From Labilithrix sp. (GTDB lineage: Bacteria > Myxococcota_A > Polyangia > Polyangiales > Polyangiaceae), in contig JBGAFW010000042.1 of the NCBI GenBank assembly GCA_044227045.1, positions 1 through 32,000 on the forward strand: a stretch of DNA of 32,000 nucleotides, given 5' to 3'. Below the pieces are notes generated by a model. That model did no database searches and had not been told where the DNA came from. It saw nothing but the letters and a program-made list of their open reading frames with translations. Made by a program: the position numbers and the translations under genes. Shown here piece by piece: positions 18,904 through 27,390 of this stretch. Positions within the stretch are counted from its first letter, which is position 1. The number at the start of each line of letters is the position of its first letter.

Positions 18904-20664
18904 ATGAAGATTCAGTGCCAGTCTTGCCAGGCCAAATACACAATCGCGGACGAAAAGGTCCTGGGCAAGGTCGTCAAAATTCGCTGCAAGAAGTGCAGCT
19001 CGACGATCGTGATCAACGGCAACGAGCAGCAGCATGCCGAGGACGCCGCGGACACGCACGTCTTCGACTATGCAAACCAGTCCAACGAGCAGTGGACGGT
19101 GAACGTTGCGGACGGTGATCAGCGAACGATGACCGTCGCGGAGATCGCCGCCGAGTACAAGACCGGCGTGATCAACGATGAGACCTATTGCTGGAAGGAC
19201 GGCATGGCCGATTGGCTTCCGCTCCGTGAGATCGAGCAGATCTTCGGCGCGGTGAAGCTCGGACCGCAAGCGAGCCGTGCGCCGGAGGTCTCGGTCACTC
19301 CGTCGGTGCCGCCGCCCGCAGCCGCTCCGCTCTTTGCTCCGGCGTCCGCCGCGGCCGAGAGCCCGTTCGCCGCGCCTGCGCACGCCAACGGCAACGGCAA
19401 CGGAAGCGCCGCGCTCTTCGGTGGAGGTGCAGCAGCCGCCGTCGAACAACACGCTCCTGCAGCGGCGCGTCGCGCGGGTGGCCGCGCGCAAGGCGCCGAC
19501 CTCTTCGGCAACGTCGAGAAGGCGGGCGGCGAAGACGACGTGATGACGAGCGCAGCCACGGGCGCGATGGCGGCCGGTGGTGGCGCAGGCGCAGCGGCGG
19601 CGGGCGAAGAGAAGCTCACCGGCCAGCGCAACGAGAACAGCGTCCTCTTCTCTCTCTCGGCGCTCACCGACAAGCCCAAGGAGCCCACCACGACGAACCG
19701 CACGACGGCGTCTGCGGACGGCTCCGGCCTCATCGACATCCGCGCGCTCAGCGCGAACATGGATGAGGGCGACAAGAAGAAGAAGGACGCGGGCGCGCGT
19801 GTCGACGACATCATGAACCTCAGCGGCGGCGGCGCGTTCGGCGCGGCGCTCGCGGCACCAATCCTCGCTCCTCCTCCGCTCGAGCCCGTCGACATGGGCG
19901 TGACGGCGACGGGTGAGCCCGCAAAGCAGAACAAGACGCTCATCTTCGCGATCCTCGGCGGCTGCGCCTTCATCGCGATCGCGATCGTCGCGGCCGTCGC
20001 GCTCACGCGCGGACCTGCGACCGACGCGAAGGCCGACAACAACAAGCCCACGACGTCGGGCAGCGGCACGCCGGCGACCGACAACAGCGGCTCCGGCGCG
20101 CTCGCGATGAACGACACGAACCCGAACGGCACGGTCACCGCGCCGACGGGCGACACGCCTCCACCTCCAGGCACCGGCAACACGCCAGGCAAGACGGGCG
20201 CGGTCAACGCGGCGCCGAAGGGCAACACCCCGCCGCCGACGCCTGGAAAGAAGGAGCCCGACAAGCCCGGTGGAAACACGGCGCCGCCCACGCCTCCGCC
20301 GACGCCCGACAAGCCGAAGAGCCTCGAAGACGGCCTCCGTGAAGCCGCGAACAAGCCGAAGCCGCCCGAGAACTCGAGCGGCGGCGGTGGCGGATCGACC
20401 GCCGCGTTCGACCGTGGCGCCGCAGCGGCTGCGCTCGGCGGCGTCAACGTCCAGTCGTGCAAGAAGGCCGATGGACCGACGGGCTCCGGCCACGTCACCG
20501 TCACCTTCCAGCCCGACGGAAGCGTGCAGTCGGCCGTCGTCGACTCCGGTCCGTTCCCCGGCACTCCGGTCGGCGGATGCATCGCGGGCAAGTACCGCGG
20601 CGCTCACGTCCCGGCGTTCGGCGGCGCGCCCGTTCGCGTCGGCAAGAGCTTCAGCATCAACTGA
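18904..20664 (+). CDS. MJ0042-type zinc-ribbon / GYF_2 / TM / AgmX-GltJ-like C-terminal domain protein
   Basis: 'MKIQCQSCQAKYTIADEKVLGKVVKIRCKKCSSTIVING' zinc ribbon; 'AEIAAEYKTGVINDETYCWKDGMADWLPLREI' GYF_2-like; TM 'TLIFAILGGCAFIAIAIVAAVAL'; Pro-rich linker; C-terminal 'GSGHVTVTFQPDGSVQSAVVDSGPFPGTPVGGCIAGKYRGAHVPAF'. Confidence 0.85.
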   Translation: MKIQCQSCQAKYTIADEKVLGKVVKIRCKKCSSTIVINGNEQQHAEDAADTHVFDYANQSNEQWTVNVADGDQRTMTVAEIAAEYKTGVINDETYCWKDGMADWLPLREIEQIFGAVKLGPQASRAPEVSVTPSVPPPAAAPLFAPASAAAESPFAAPAHANGNGNGSAALFGGGAAAAVEQHAPAAARRAGGRAQGADLFGNVEKAGGEDDVMTSAATGAMAAGGGAGAAAAGEEKLTGQRNENSVLFSLSALTDKPKEPTTTNRTTASADGSGLIDIRALSANMDEGDKKKKDAGARVDDIMNLSGGGAFGAALAAPILAPPPLEPVDMGVTATGEPAKQNKTLIFAILGGCAFIAIAIVAAVALTRGPATDAKADNNKPTTSGSGTPATDNSGSGALAMNDTNPNGTVTAPTGDTPPPPGTGNTPGKTGAVNAAPKGNTPPPTPGKKEPDKPGGNTAPPTPPPTPDKPKSLEDGLREAANKPKPPENSSGGGGGSTAAFDRGAAAAALGGVNVQSCKKADGPTGSGHVTVTFQPDGSVQSAVVDSGPFPGTPVGGCIAGKYRGAHVPAFGGAPVRVGKSFSIN

Positions 20665-20669
20665 CGCTG

Positions 20670-20689
20670 GCCGAGCCGGAGGGCTCGGC
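20670..20689 (+). terminator. GC-rich hairpin immediately after the ZnR-GYF gene
   Basis: Perfect 8-bp inverted repeat GCCGAGCC-GGAG-GGCTCGGC, 5 nt after the stop. No U-tract. Confidence 0.5.
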
Positions 20690-20706
20690 GCGTCGGTCCA
20701 CCTCGA

Positions 20707-20823
20707 ATGTCGGCCCTCGGCATCGCGCTCGCAGTGGTCGCCGGGTTCATCCTCGGCGTCCGCGTCGGCTTCGCCTTGGCGCATCGCGAGCAGCGAAAAC
20801 GAGCCGCGAAGCGCAAGGCGTGA
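20707..20823 (+). CDS. Candidate 38-aa single-pass membrane microprotein
   Basis: ATG...TGA encoding MSALGIALAVVAGFILGVRVGFALAHREQRKRAAKRKA: a hydrophobic helix followed by a strongly basic tail. Below the length cutoff of the supplied ORF track. Confidence 0.45.
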   Translation: MSALGIALAVVAGFILGVRVGFALAHREQRKRAAKRKA

Positions 20824-20884
20824 TTTGCGGCCTCGCGCTCCTCGACGGAATGCTCCGTACCCAGCCCCCGCGTGAGCGGAACGC

Positions 20885-22138
20885 TCAGCGGAAGCCGCCG
20901 GCGAAGACTTCGCAGACGTAGACGTTCCCCGCGTCGTCCTTCACCACCGCGACCCCCAGATGCGTGTAGTCTGCACGCAGCAGGTTCAGCCGGTGCGATG
21001 GGCTCGCGTGAAGGGCGCGGTGCGCCAGCGCGACCGAGCGTGATCGCGCCACGTTCTCTCCGACGATGCGTGCCGAGAACCCTTCGTTCTCGAACCGCGT
21101 CGCGAGATCGCCCTCCCCGTCTCCGAGATCGTGCGCGACACGCTTCGTCTGGAGCATGTGCTCGGCGTGCGCTCGCGCGAGCGCGTCGAGGCGCGGATCA
21201 CGAACGAGCACACCGAGCGATTCGGTCGCGCGAAGCGTCGTGATCATCCGCGTGAGGATCTCCTCGTCCTCCGACCCGGCGGCCACGAGCGGTCGGGCGA
21301 CGTCTTCCCCCGGCGCAGGCGCATCGGTCGAGAACGGCTCGACGTCGGCGAAGACACGCGCCTCGAGCAGCGGTCGCGGCCCTTGATCCACGACGTCGCA
21401 CACCACCTGCACGGTGAAGGCGCCGGGGCGGTCGAGCGGAAAGCGAGCACGAACGACAGGGATCTTGGTCGAGCGATCGATCGTCGTCGGCGCCGTGCGC
21501 GGCACGCCACGCGGTCCGAGGAGGACGACCTTCGCATGCGTCGCGTTCACGTGAAGCGGCGCCGCCAAGGTGAGCCACTCGCCCGTGCGCGCACGCGTCG
21601 GCAGCGGCTCCAGATCGGCGAGCGCGTCGACCGCGACCGCGACGAGGATCGCGCCCTCGCCTCCGCTGGTCGGATCCGCGATCGCTACCCCGCAGCGCGT
21701 CTTCTCGCGCTTCAGCGACGCGAGCTGGCGATCGACGCTCGCGCTTTTGTCGAGCTCGGAGGCGCTCGCGGCGACGGCCTTGAGCACGCGCGGGCGGACG
21801 TGCGGCACGCCCATCTCACGAAGGAGCGTGGTCACCTGTTGATCGGCGTCGATCGGTCCGTTGCCAACCCGCGACGCGACGCGACGCGCGACCTCTGCGA
21901 GGACGCCGTCAGGCTCACCGCAACGCGTGTCGGCGGCGAGGGCCGCGCCCGTGACGGGCGGCGACGGCGACTGCGTCGCGTGAGCCCACGCGGTCGTCTC
22001 GTCTTTCGGCTTCGGCTCCGCCGCGCTCGACGTCGTGATCGCACGCGGCGTCGGCGGAGGCTTCGGTCCGTCGGGCGCGCGAGCGCTCGTGCACGCGGAG
22101 AGCGCGATGAGGAGAAGGACAAGCCCCGAGCGCGTCAC
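20885..22138 (-). CDS. CAP (SCP/PR-1) domain lipoprotein
   Basis: GTG at 22138 gives 'MTRSGLVLLLIALSACTS' (lipobox). C-terminal CAP-like 'LDALARAHAEHMLQTKRVAHD...GENVARSRSVALAHRALHASPSHRLNLLRADYTHLGVAVV'. The ORF is open to 22213. Confidence 0.82.
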   Translation of the reverse strand: MTRSGLVLLLIALSACTSARAPDGPKPPPTPRAITTSSAAEPKPKDETTAWAHATQSPSPPVTGAALAADTRCGEPDGVLAEVARRVASRVGNGPIDADQQVTTLLREMGVPHVRPRVLKAVAASASELDKSASVDRQLASLKREKTRCGVAIADPTSGGEGAILVAVAVDALADLEPLPTRARTGEWLTLAAPLHVNATHAKVVLLGPRGVPRTAPTTIDRSTKIPVVRARFPLDRPGAFTVQVVCDVVDQGPRPLLEARVFADVEPFSTDAPAPGEDVARPLVAAGSEDEEILTRMITTLRATESLGVLVRDPRLDALARAHAEHMLQTKRVAHDLGDGEGDLATRFENEGFSARIVGENVARSRSVALAHRALHASPSHRLNLLRADYTHLGVAVVKDDAGNVYVCEVFAGGFR

Positions 22139-22198
22139 GCTGCGAACGTAACGGTCTCTCTCCTCCTTGTCGAAAACGCTGCTCGTCGGGGACCAGGT

Positions 22199-22231
22199 GG
22201 CCTCTGAGGCCAATGCCGAGGCATTGGCCTT
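22199..22231 (-). terminator. Nested palindromes downstream of the second OmpA-family gene
   Basis: GGCCTC-T-GAGGCC (22199-22211) overlaps perfect AGGCCAATGCC-GA-GGCATTGGCCT (22207-22230). Confidence 0.5.
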
Positions 22232-22244
22232 CGAGGCATCGGCG

Positions 22245-24047
22245 CTAGGGCTTCTTCACCTTGTTCGTGTCCTCTTCCTCGAGGATCTTGAACTCGACGC
22301 GGCGGTTCTTTGCACGCCCCGCCTCGGTCTCGTTGTCTTCGATCGGCTTCTCCATGCCGTAGCCGTGCGCTTCGAGGCGGCCCGCCTCGACGCCGTGCTG
22401 CGTGAGCCAATTCATGACGGAGTTTGCGCGGTCTTGCGACAGCTTCTTGTTGAGGTCGGCCGCGCCCTTGTTGTCGGTGTGGCCTTCGATGCTCATCTTC
22501 TTGATGGCCTTGTTCGACTTCAAGTAGTCGGCGACCTCTTGGAGAACGGGGAAGCTCTCCGGGAGGATTTGCGCCGTACCGAACGCGAAGTGCACTTGCT
22601 GCAGGACGCGCACGACCTCGCCGCCGACGCTGATGAACGTCGGGCAGCCGTTCTTCTTCGGATCGGAGCTCGGCTTGCCGGGCACCTTCGGACATGCGTC
22701 TTGGGCGTCCGCGATGCCGTCGGTGTCGGCGTCGTCTTCGGGACATCCGTCGCCGTCGTCGATGCCGTCCTTGTCCTCCGGCTGGTCCGGGCACTTGTCG
22801 TACTGATCCGGGATGCCGTCGCCGTCGCGATCGGGCGGCATCGGGCAGCCGTCGTTCGGATCGTTGCCCTTGTGATCCTCGGGATCGTCCGGGCACGCGT
22901 CGATATCGTCGGGGATGCCGTCGTGATCGCGATCGGCGGAGTGTTGCTGGCGCCAGCGCTCGCGGACCTCGGCCTTGCGCTCGGGCGACTTCGCCTCCGA
23001 CTCGAGGATCGGGACGTACACGCCGAGCATGCCGACGATGCGAAGATCGGGCGCGCCGTAGCCGCGAAGGATGGACGAGCCGGCGCCTGCGCCGACCCAC
23101 CAGTGATCGGCGCCGCCGAAGCGCATGCGCCCTTCGAGGTTGAACTCGATCGGCGTGTTGCGCTTGGTGAAGGCGGTGGAGCCGATGATGTCGTCGCTCT
23201 CGATCCCGGTCTGGCCGAAGATCGTGCCGCCGAGGCGGTATTTGCCGTCCTTCAGCGGGATGAACGCGCCGACGGCCCATCGCCATTCGTTGCCGATGCC
23301 GAGCCCGTTGTCGTTGACCGGATCGTTGATCGAGTGACGCGGGCGGAAGTGGAGCCCGGTGTTCGCGGACAGGACGAGGAACTTCACCTGCGTCTCGCCG
23401 CTCACCATGATCATGCCGGAGGTCTTGTCGTCACCGCCGAAGTTGTTGGTGGTGCCTGCCGGGAAGAAGACGGAGAGCTGCGCGCCGAACGCGCTCTTGC
23501 GATCTTCGGTGCGGGCGAGGACCGCGCGGAGGTCGAGGCGGAAGTCGCCGGCGCCAGGTCCGCCCGGGGTCACGACCGTCGTGCGGTTCGTCCCGCCCGT
23601 GGGGATGCCGCCGTTGCCTTGGTAGTTCGGGTTGCTACCCGTCTGGATCGGGTACCAAGGAAACGCGAGCGCCAACGTCGCCCGATCGAGCAGCTGGAAG
23701 CCCGCGTTGCCGTAGACCGCGAACTGATCTTGGATCATCGTCGAGCTCGATCGCGCGAGCGTCGCGCTGTCGCTCGTGATCGTGCTCGTTCGCAGCGGCC
23801 TCAGCTGGTAGCCAAGCCCGAGCTGACCGAAGAAGATCGTCCGCTGGTTCGTTACGGGACGGAAAAGAACGACTCCGTCATCCGGCGCACCTGGCATCTC
23901 GAGCCGATCGAGGTGGAAGGTCTTCTGTTGAGCTTCCGCTGTGCTCGGGGTCAGAAGTGTTGCGCCAGCCGCTGCAAGAGAGAGGGTGGCGGCGCCCAAC
24001 GCAGCACGCCGACCTCGACCACGACCACGTCTTGATGTTTCGCCCAT
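22245..24047 (-). CDS. OmpA family outer-membrane protein with TSP3 repeats (paralogue-like to 14546-16570)
   Basis: Signal peptide; barrel-like N-terminus; 'DRDHDGIPDDIDACPDDPEDHKGNDPNDGCP'; OmpA motif 'MSIEGHTDNKGAADLNKKLSQDRANSVMNWL...NRRVEFKIL'. Confidence 0.92.
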   Translation of the reverse strand: MGETSRRGRGRGRRAALGAATLSLAAAGATLLTPSTAEAQQKTFHLDRLEMPGAPDDGVVLFRPVTNQRTIFFGQLGLGYQLRPLRTSTITSDSATLARSSSTMIQDQFAVYGNAGFQLLDRATLALAFPWYPIQTGSNPNYQGNGGIPTGGTNRTTVVTPGGPGAGDFRLDLRAVLARTEDRKSAFGAQLSVFFPAGTTNNFGGDDKTSGMIMVSGETQVKFLVLSANTGLHFRPRHSINDPVNDNGLGIGNEWRWAVGAFIPLKDGKYRLGGTIFGQTGIESDDIIGSTAFTKRNTPIEFNLEGRMRFGGADHWWVGAGAGSSILRGYGAPDLRIVGMLGVYVPILESEAKSPERKAEVRERWRQQHSADRDHDGIPDDIDACPDDPEDHKGNDPNDGCPMPPDRDGDGIPDQYDKCPDQPEDKDGIDDGDGCPEDDADTDGIADAQDACPKVPGKPSSDPKKNGCPTFISVGGEVVRVLQQVHFAFGTAQILPESFPVLQEVADYLKSNKAIKKMSIEGHTDNKGAADLNKKLSQDRANSVMNWLTQHGVEAGRLEAHGYGMEKPIEDNETEAGRAKNRRVEFKILEEEDTNKVKKP

Positions 24048-24438
24048 TCCCGTCCGCGCTCAGCAAAACTTGGAAGTAAGAAGAGAGGAGCTACTGTGCC
24101 CAACTCCTCGAGAGAACAGCAAAACTGCGCTGCCCAGCCTAACAGTGTTCAAAGCGCATCATCGCCTTTTCACGCGGGAAAAAGCAAAACAAGAGAGCAG
24201 TCTTTCGCGACTCGATGCGGAGCGACCCCGCGCGGCAATCATCCGCCAAGGGATATTCGGGATCGTATGGTGGTACGTGGTGATGGGCTCAAGGTCGGCA
24301 CAGTGAGAAAAGTGAGAAAGAAGCGAGGTATCGCCGCGTCTTCGCAAAGACTTGCTTGACGCGGGCGGCGGTCGGTGCTTTTTTTCGCGGCCCGTTTTCA
24401 AGGGGAACAACCCTCGAAGACGAAAACCGAGATTTGTC

Positions 24439-24597
24439 ATGGCCAAGCCGAAGCGAACTTATCAGCCCCACAACACCCGCCGCCTGCGCACGCACGGCTT
24501 CCTCGCACGCATGGCCACCCGTGGTGGTGCGAAGGTCTTGGCGAACCGCCGTCGTAAGGGACGGAAGCGCCTGACGGTCACCATCTTCAAGAAGTAA
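24439..24597 (+). CDS. rpmH: 50S ribosomal protein L34
   Basis: [47 protein letters not shown], a canonical bL34 sequence; conserved gene order. Confidence 0.97.
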   Translation: MAKPKRTYQPHNTRRLRTHGFLARMATRGGAKVLANRRRKGRKRLTVTIFKK

Positions 24598-24617
24598 ACA
24601 CCACGTCTCGAGAACCC

Positions 24618-25121
24618 GTGTCTCCTTCCGGGTTCACGTTTGGTCGAGAGCGTCGCATTCGCCGGCGCGCCGATTTCGTGCGCGTTCAGACCGTCGGTGA
24701 GCGCGCCACAAGCAGGCACTTCGTCCTTCTCGTCGCGCGCCAACTTCCGTCTGCTCCCATTTCTGGGACGAGCGCCAGGCAGGCTGCGTCACGCCTTGGG
24801 ATCGTCGCGACGAAGAAGGTCGGCGACGCAACCATGCGAAATCGCATCAAACGGCTCTGCCGTGAGTGCTTTCGCCTCTGGCCGGGCTTCGTGCCGGACG
24901 AGATCGATCTGGTCGTGATCGCGCGCGAAGGCGCCGCCGACCTCACGCTCGCGAAGGTGCGCGAGGAGTGGTCGCAGGCGCGGCCTTCGCTGCTCCGGCG
25001 TTGCGAGGGCGTGCTGCGGGCGCCGCCGAAGGTCGCCCCCAAGCCGGACCGCAGCAAACCTGGCGCCGGCGCGGAAAAACCCGCGCCGAATCGTGACAAG
25101 AAAGCGAAAAAAGCACGGTAG
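24618..25121 (+). CDS. rnpA: Ribonuclease P protein component
   Basis: GTG start; 'RLGIVATKKVGDATMRNRIKRLCRECFR' RnpA signature; located between rpmH and yidD. Confidence 0.95.
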   Translation: MSPSGFTFGRERRIRRRADFVRVQTVGERATSRHFVLLVARQLPSAPISGTSARQAASRLGIVATKKVGDATMRNRIKRLCRECFRLWPGFVPDEIDLVVIAREGAADLTLAKVREEWSQARPSLLRRCEGVLRAPPKVAPKPDRSKPGAGAEKPAPNRDKKAKKAR

Positions 25122-25247
25122 AGCCGGTGAATTCGGCTGGCGCCCGCACCGTTCCGGCATCATGTTCCGCCTCGCCGGGTTGGCTCTCGCAGAAGCCACC
25201 TCGCTTTATCCCTCCCAAGAAGACTGGGATCGGAATGCTGTTCCGCC

Positions 25248-25520
25248 ATGCCTAACCTCCTCACGCGCATCCTCGTGGCCTTCGTGCGCGTCTATCAGGC
25301 GGCGCTCTCTCCGTTCCTCGGCCGAGTCTGTCGATTCGAGCCTTCCTGCTCCCGTTACGCCGTGGCGTGCCTCGAGGAGCATGGTGCCCTGCGCGGTAGC
25401 TTGCTTTCGGTGAAACGCCTGTGTAAGTGCCATCCGTTTCACCCGGGCGGCTTCGACCCTCCTCCGAAAAGGAAGGTTCAAGCTCCCAAGCTCGCAGAAG
25501 AAAATCACATCGCCACGTAG
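25248..25520 (+). CDS. yidD: Membrane protein insertion efficiency factor
   Basis: 'VYQAALSPFLGRVCRFEPSCSRYAVACLEEHGALRGSLLSVKRLCKCHPFHPGGFDP' is diagnostic of YidD. Confidence 0.96.
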   Translation: MPNLLTRILVAFVRVYQAALSPFLGRVCRFEPSCSRYAVACLEEHGALRGSLLSVKRLCKCHPFHPGGFDPPPKRKVQAPKLAEENHIAT

Positions 25521-25603
25521 GACAGCAGCGCGCGGTCACGCCGCCGAATCTCGTCGAGGCCACGCGAACGCGCCGCTCTCGACATCCCGACGAAAGAAGC
25601 TGA

Positions 25604-27337
25604 ATGGATCGGAACAGTCTCCTACGCGTGCTCGCGATCGCGGCCGCCGTTCTCCTCTTCTGGAAGTTCGGTCTTCCGCTGATCACCGGCTCGAGTGACA
25701 AGCCGCAGTCTCTCCCCGAAGAGAGCTACATCAACGCGCCTGGGTTCATCCCGGACACGCTCGACCCGCCTGCCGAAAAGGACAAGGCGAACCAGCCGGT
25801 CGAGGGCGAGCTCTGCAAGGTCGACGGCAACCGTTTCACGGCGACGCTCTCCACCCGCGGCGCGGCGATCACGCATCTCGAGCTCGAAGGCGGCAAGTAC
25901 GAGGGCATGGACCTTTCGACCACGCCCGACCACGAGCGCTGGCGATCGCTCCGCACGCTCCTGCGCGGTCCGGACGGCAAAGATCAGGTCAAGTACGACC
26001 GCTTCACCTGGAAGCTCGAGCCTCGCGAAGACGCCAAGAGCTGCACGTTCAAGTACGAAGACGAAGACGTCCGCGTCACGAAGAAGATCACTGCGAGCCC
26101 CCGTCCCTTCGAGCTCGACGTCACCACGACGGTGACGAACCTCGCGAAGGAGCCGAAGAAGCACCAGCTCACGATCGGTACGTATTCCTACCGTCGAAAC
26201 GGCGACATGAAGGGCTCGTTCGGGCGCCAGTCACCGTGGCAGACCGAGCTGTCGTGCGCGGGCGGAAGCGACGTCGTCCGCAAGAACAAAGACGAGTTCA
26301 AGTCCGGTTGGTTCGCGGTGCCGAGCGTCGATCGCTACGCGGCCGTCAACAGCCACTTCTTCGCCCAAGCGCTCCTGCCGAACAAGGCCGATGCTGGGCT
26401 CCCGCGTTGTGAGCTCCTCGCTCAAGAGGTCTACACGCCGGGCGCCAAGGACGAAGACGACAACGGCTCGCTCTTCCACGCGAAGCTCGTCTACCCCGCG
26501 AAGGAGCTCGCGCCGCAAGGCACCACCTCCTACGAGAACACGGCGTTCTTCGGACCGAAGGAACGCGACGTGCTCGCCTCGGCCGGCGGCGGCGATCGCC
26601 TGCGTGACGTCATCAACCTCGGGTTCTTCCGCCCCGTCGCCCGCGTGCTCGTCGGCGTCCTCGTCTTTTTCCACGACAAGATCACGTTCGGCAACTGGGG
26701 CGTCGCCATCATCTTGATGACGATCTGCCTTCGCACGCTGCTCTTCCCGCTCACGTTCAAGTCGATCAAGACGACGATTGCGATGCGCAATCTGAAGCCC
26801 GAGGTCGACAAGCTGAACGAGAAGTTCAAGGACGACCCGCAGGCGAAGAACCTCGCCATGATGGAGCTTTGGAAGAAGCACGGCGTGAACCCGTTCGGAG
26901 GGTGTTTGCCGCAGCTCGTCCAGATGCCCGTCTGGTTCGCGATGTACACGACGCTCCAGACGGCGGTCGAGATGTACCACGTGAAATTCTTGTGGTTCAA
27001 AGACCTCTCGGTCGCGGATCCCTATTACATTCTGCCGCTTTTGCTGGGTGTCTTCATGATCATCCAGCAGCGCATCGTCCCGCAGCAGGGCATGGATCCG
27101 ATGCAGCAGAAGATGATGATGTGGATGATGCCCATCATCTTCACCGTCATGATGTTGTTCCTTCCCGCCGCGCTCGGTGTTTACATGCTGACCAACAGCA
27201 TGCTCGGCATCGCCCAGCAGCTGGTGCTCGAGCAGGTCGCGCCAAGCGCACGCAAGAAGGTGGATCCGTCGAAGGACATCATCGTCAAGAACAAGGGTGA
27301 GAAGCCGAAGGACAACAAGGCCATCACCACAAGCTGA
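25604..27337 (+). CDS. yidC: Membrane protein insertase YidC
   Basis: N-terminal TM, large periplasmic domain, C-terminal 'WGVAIILMTICLRTLLFPLTFKSIKTTIAMRNLKPEV' and 'MMMWMMPIIFTVMMLFLPAALGVYMLTNSMLGIAQQ'. Confidence 0.97.
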   Translation: MDRNSLLRVLAIAAAVLLFWKFGLPLITGSSDKPQSLPEESYINAPGFIPDTLDPPAEKDKANQPVEGELCKVDGNRFTATLSTRGAAITHLELEGGKYEGMDLSTTPDHERWRSLRTLLRGPDGKDQVKYDRFTWKLEPREDAKSCTFKYEDEDVRVTKKITASPRPFELDVTTTVTNLAKEPKKHQLTIGTYSYRRNGDMKGSFGRQSPWQTELSCAGGSDVVRKNKDEFKSGWFAVPSVDRYAAVNSHFFAQALLPNKADAGLPRCELLAQEVYTPGAKDEDDNGSLFHAKLVYPAKELAPQGTTSYENTAFFGPKERDVLASAGGGDRLRDVINLGFFRPVARVLVGVLVFFHDKITFGNWGVAIILMTICLRTLLFPLTFKSIKTTIAMRNLKPEVDKLNEKFKDDPQAKNLAMMELWKKHGVNPFGGCLPQLVQMPVWFAMYTTLQTAVEMYHVKFLWFKDLSVADPYYILPLLLGVFMIIQQRIVPQQGMDPMQQKMMMWMMPIIFTVMMLFLPAALGVYMLTNSMLGIAQQLVLEQVAPSARKKVDPSKDIIVKNKGEKPKDNKAITTS

Positions 27338-27390
27338 CGCCTGCGCCGGGATTCGCCCGCGCGACCAAGAATTTTGAAAGGGAAATACTC

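Noticed and set aside
18673-20784. 703-aa minus-strand ORF opposite the ZnR-GYF gene
   Set aside because: Arg-rich low-complexity antisense frame. The plus strand encodes recognisable zinc-ribbon and GYF domains.
22167-24035. 622-aa plus-strand ORF opposite the second OmpA-family gene
   Set aside because: Shadow ORF typical of GC-rich DNA; no recognisable motifs.
24048-24438. Possible oriC next to rpmH
   Set aside because: No TTATCCACA-like DnaA boxes or dnaA/dnaN gene seen. Position relative to oriC cannot be decided from this window.
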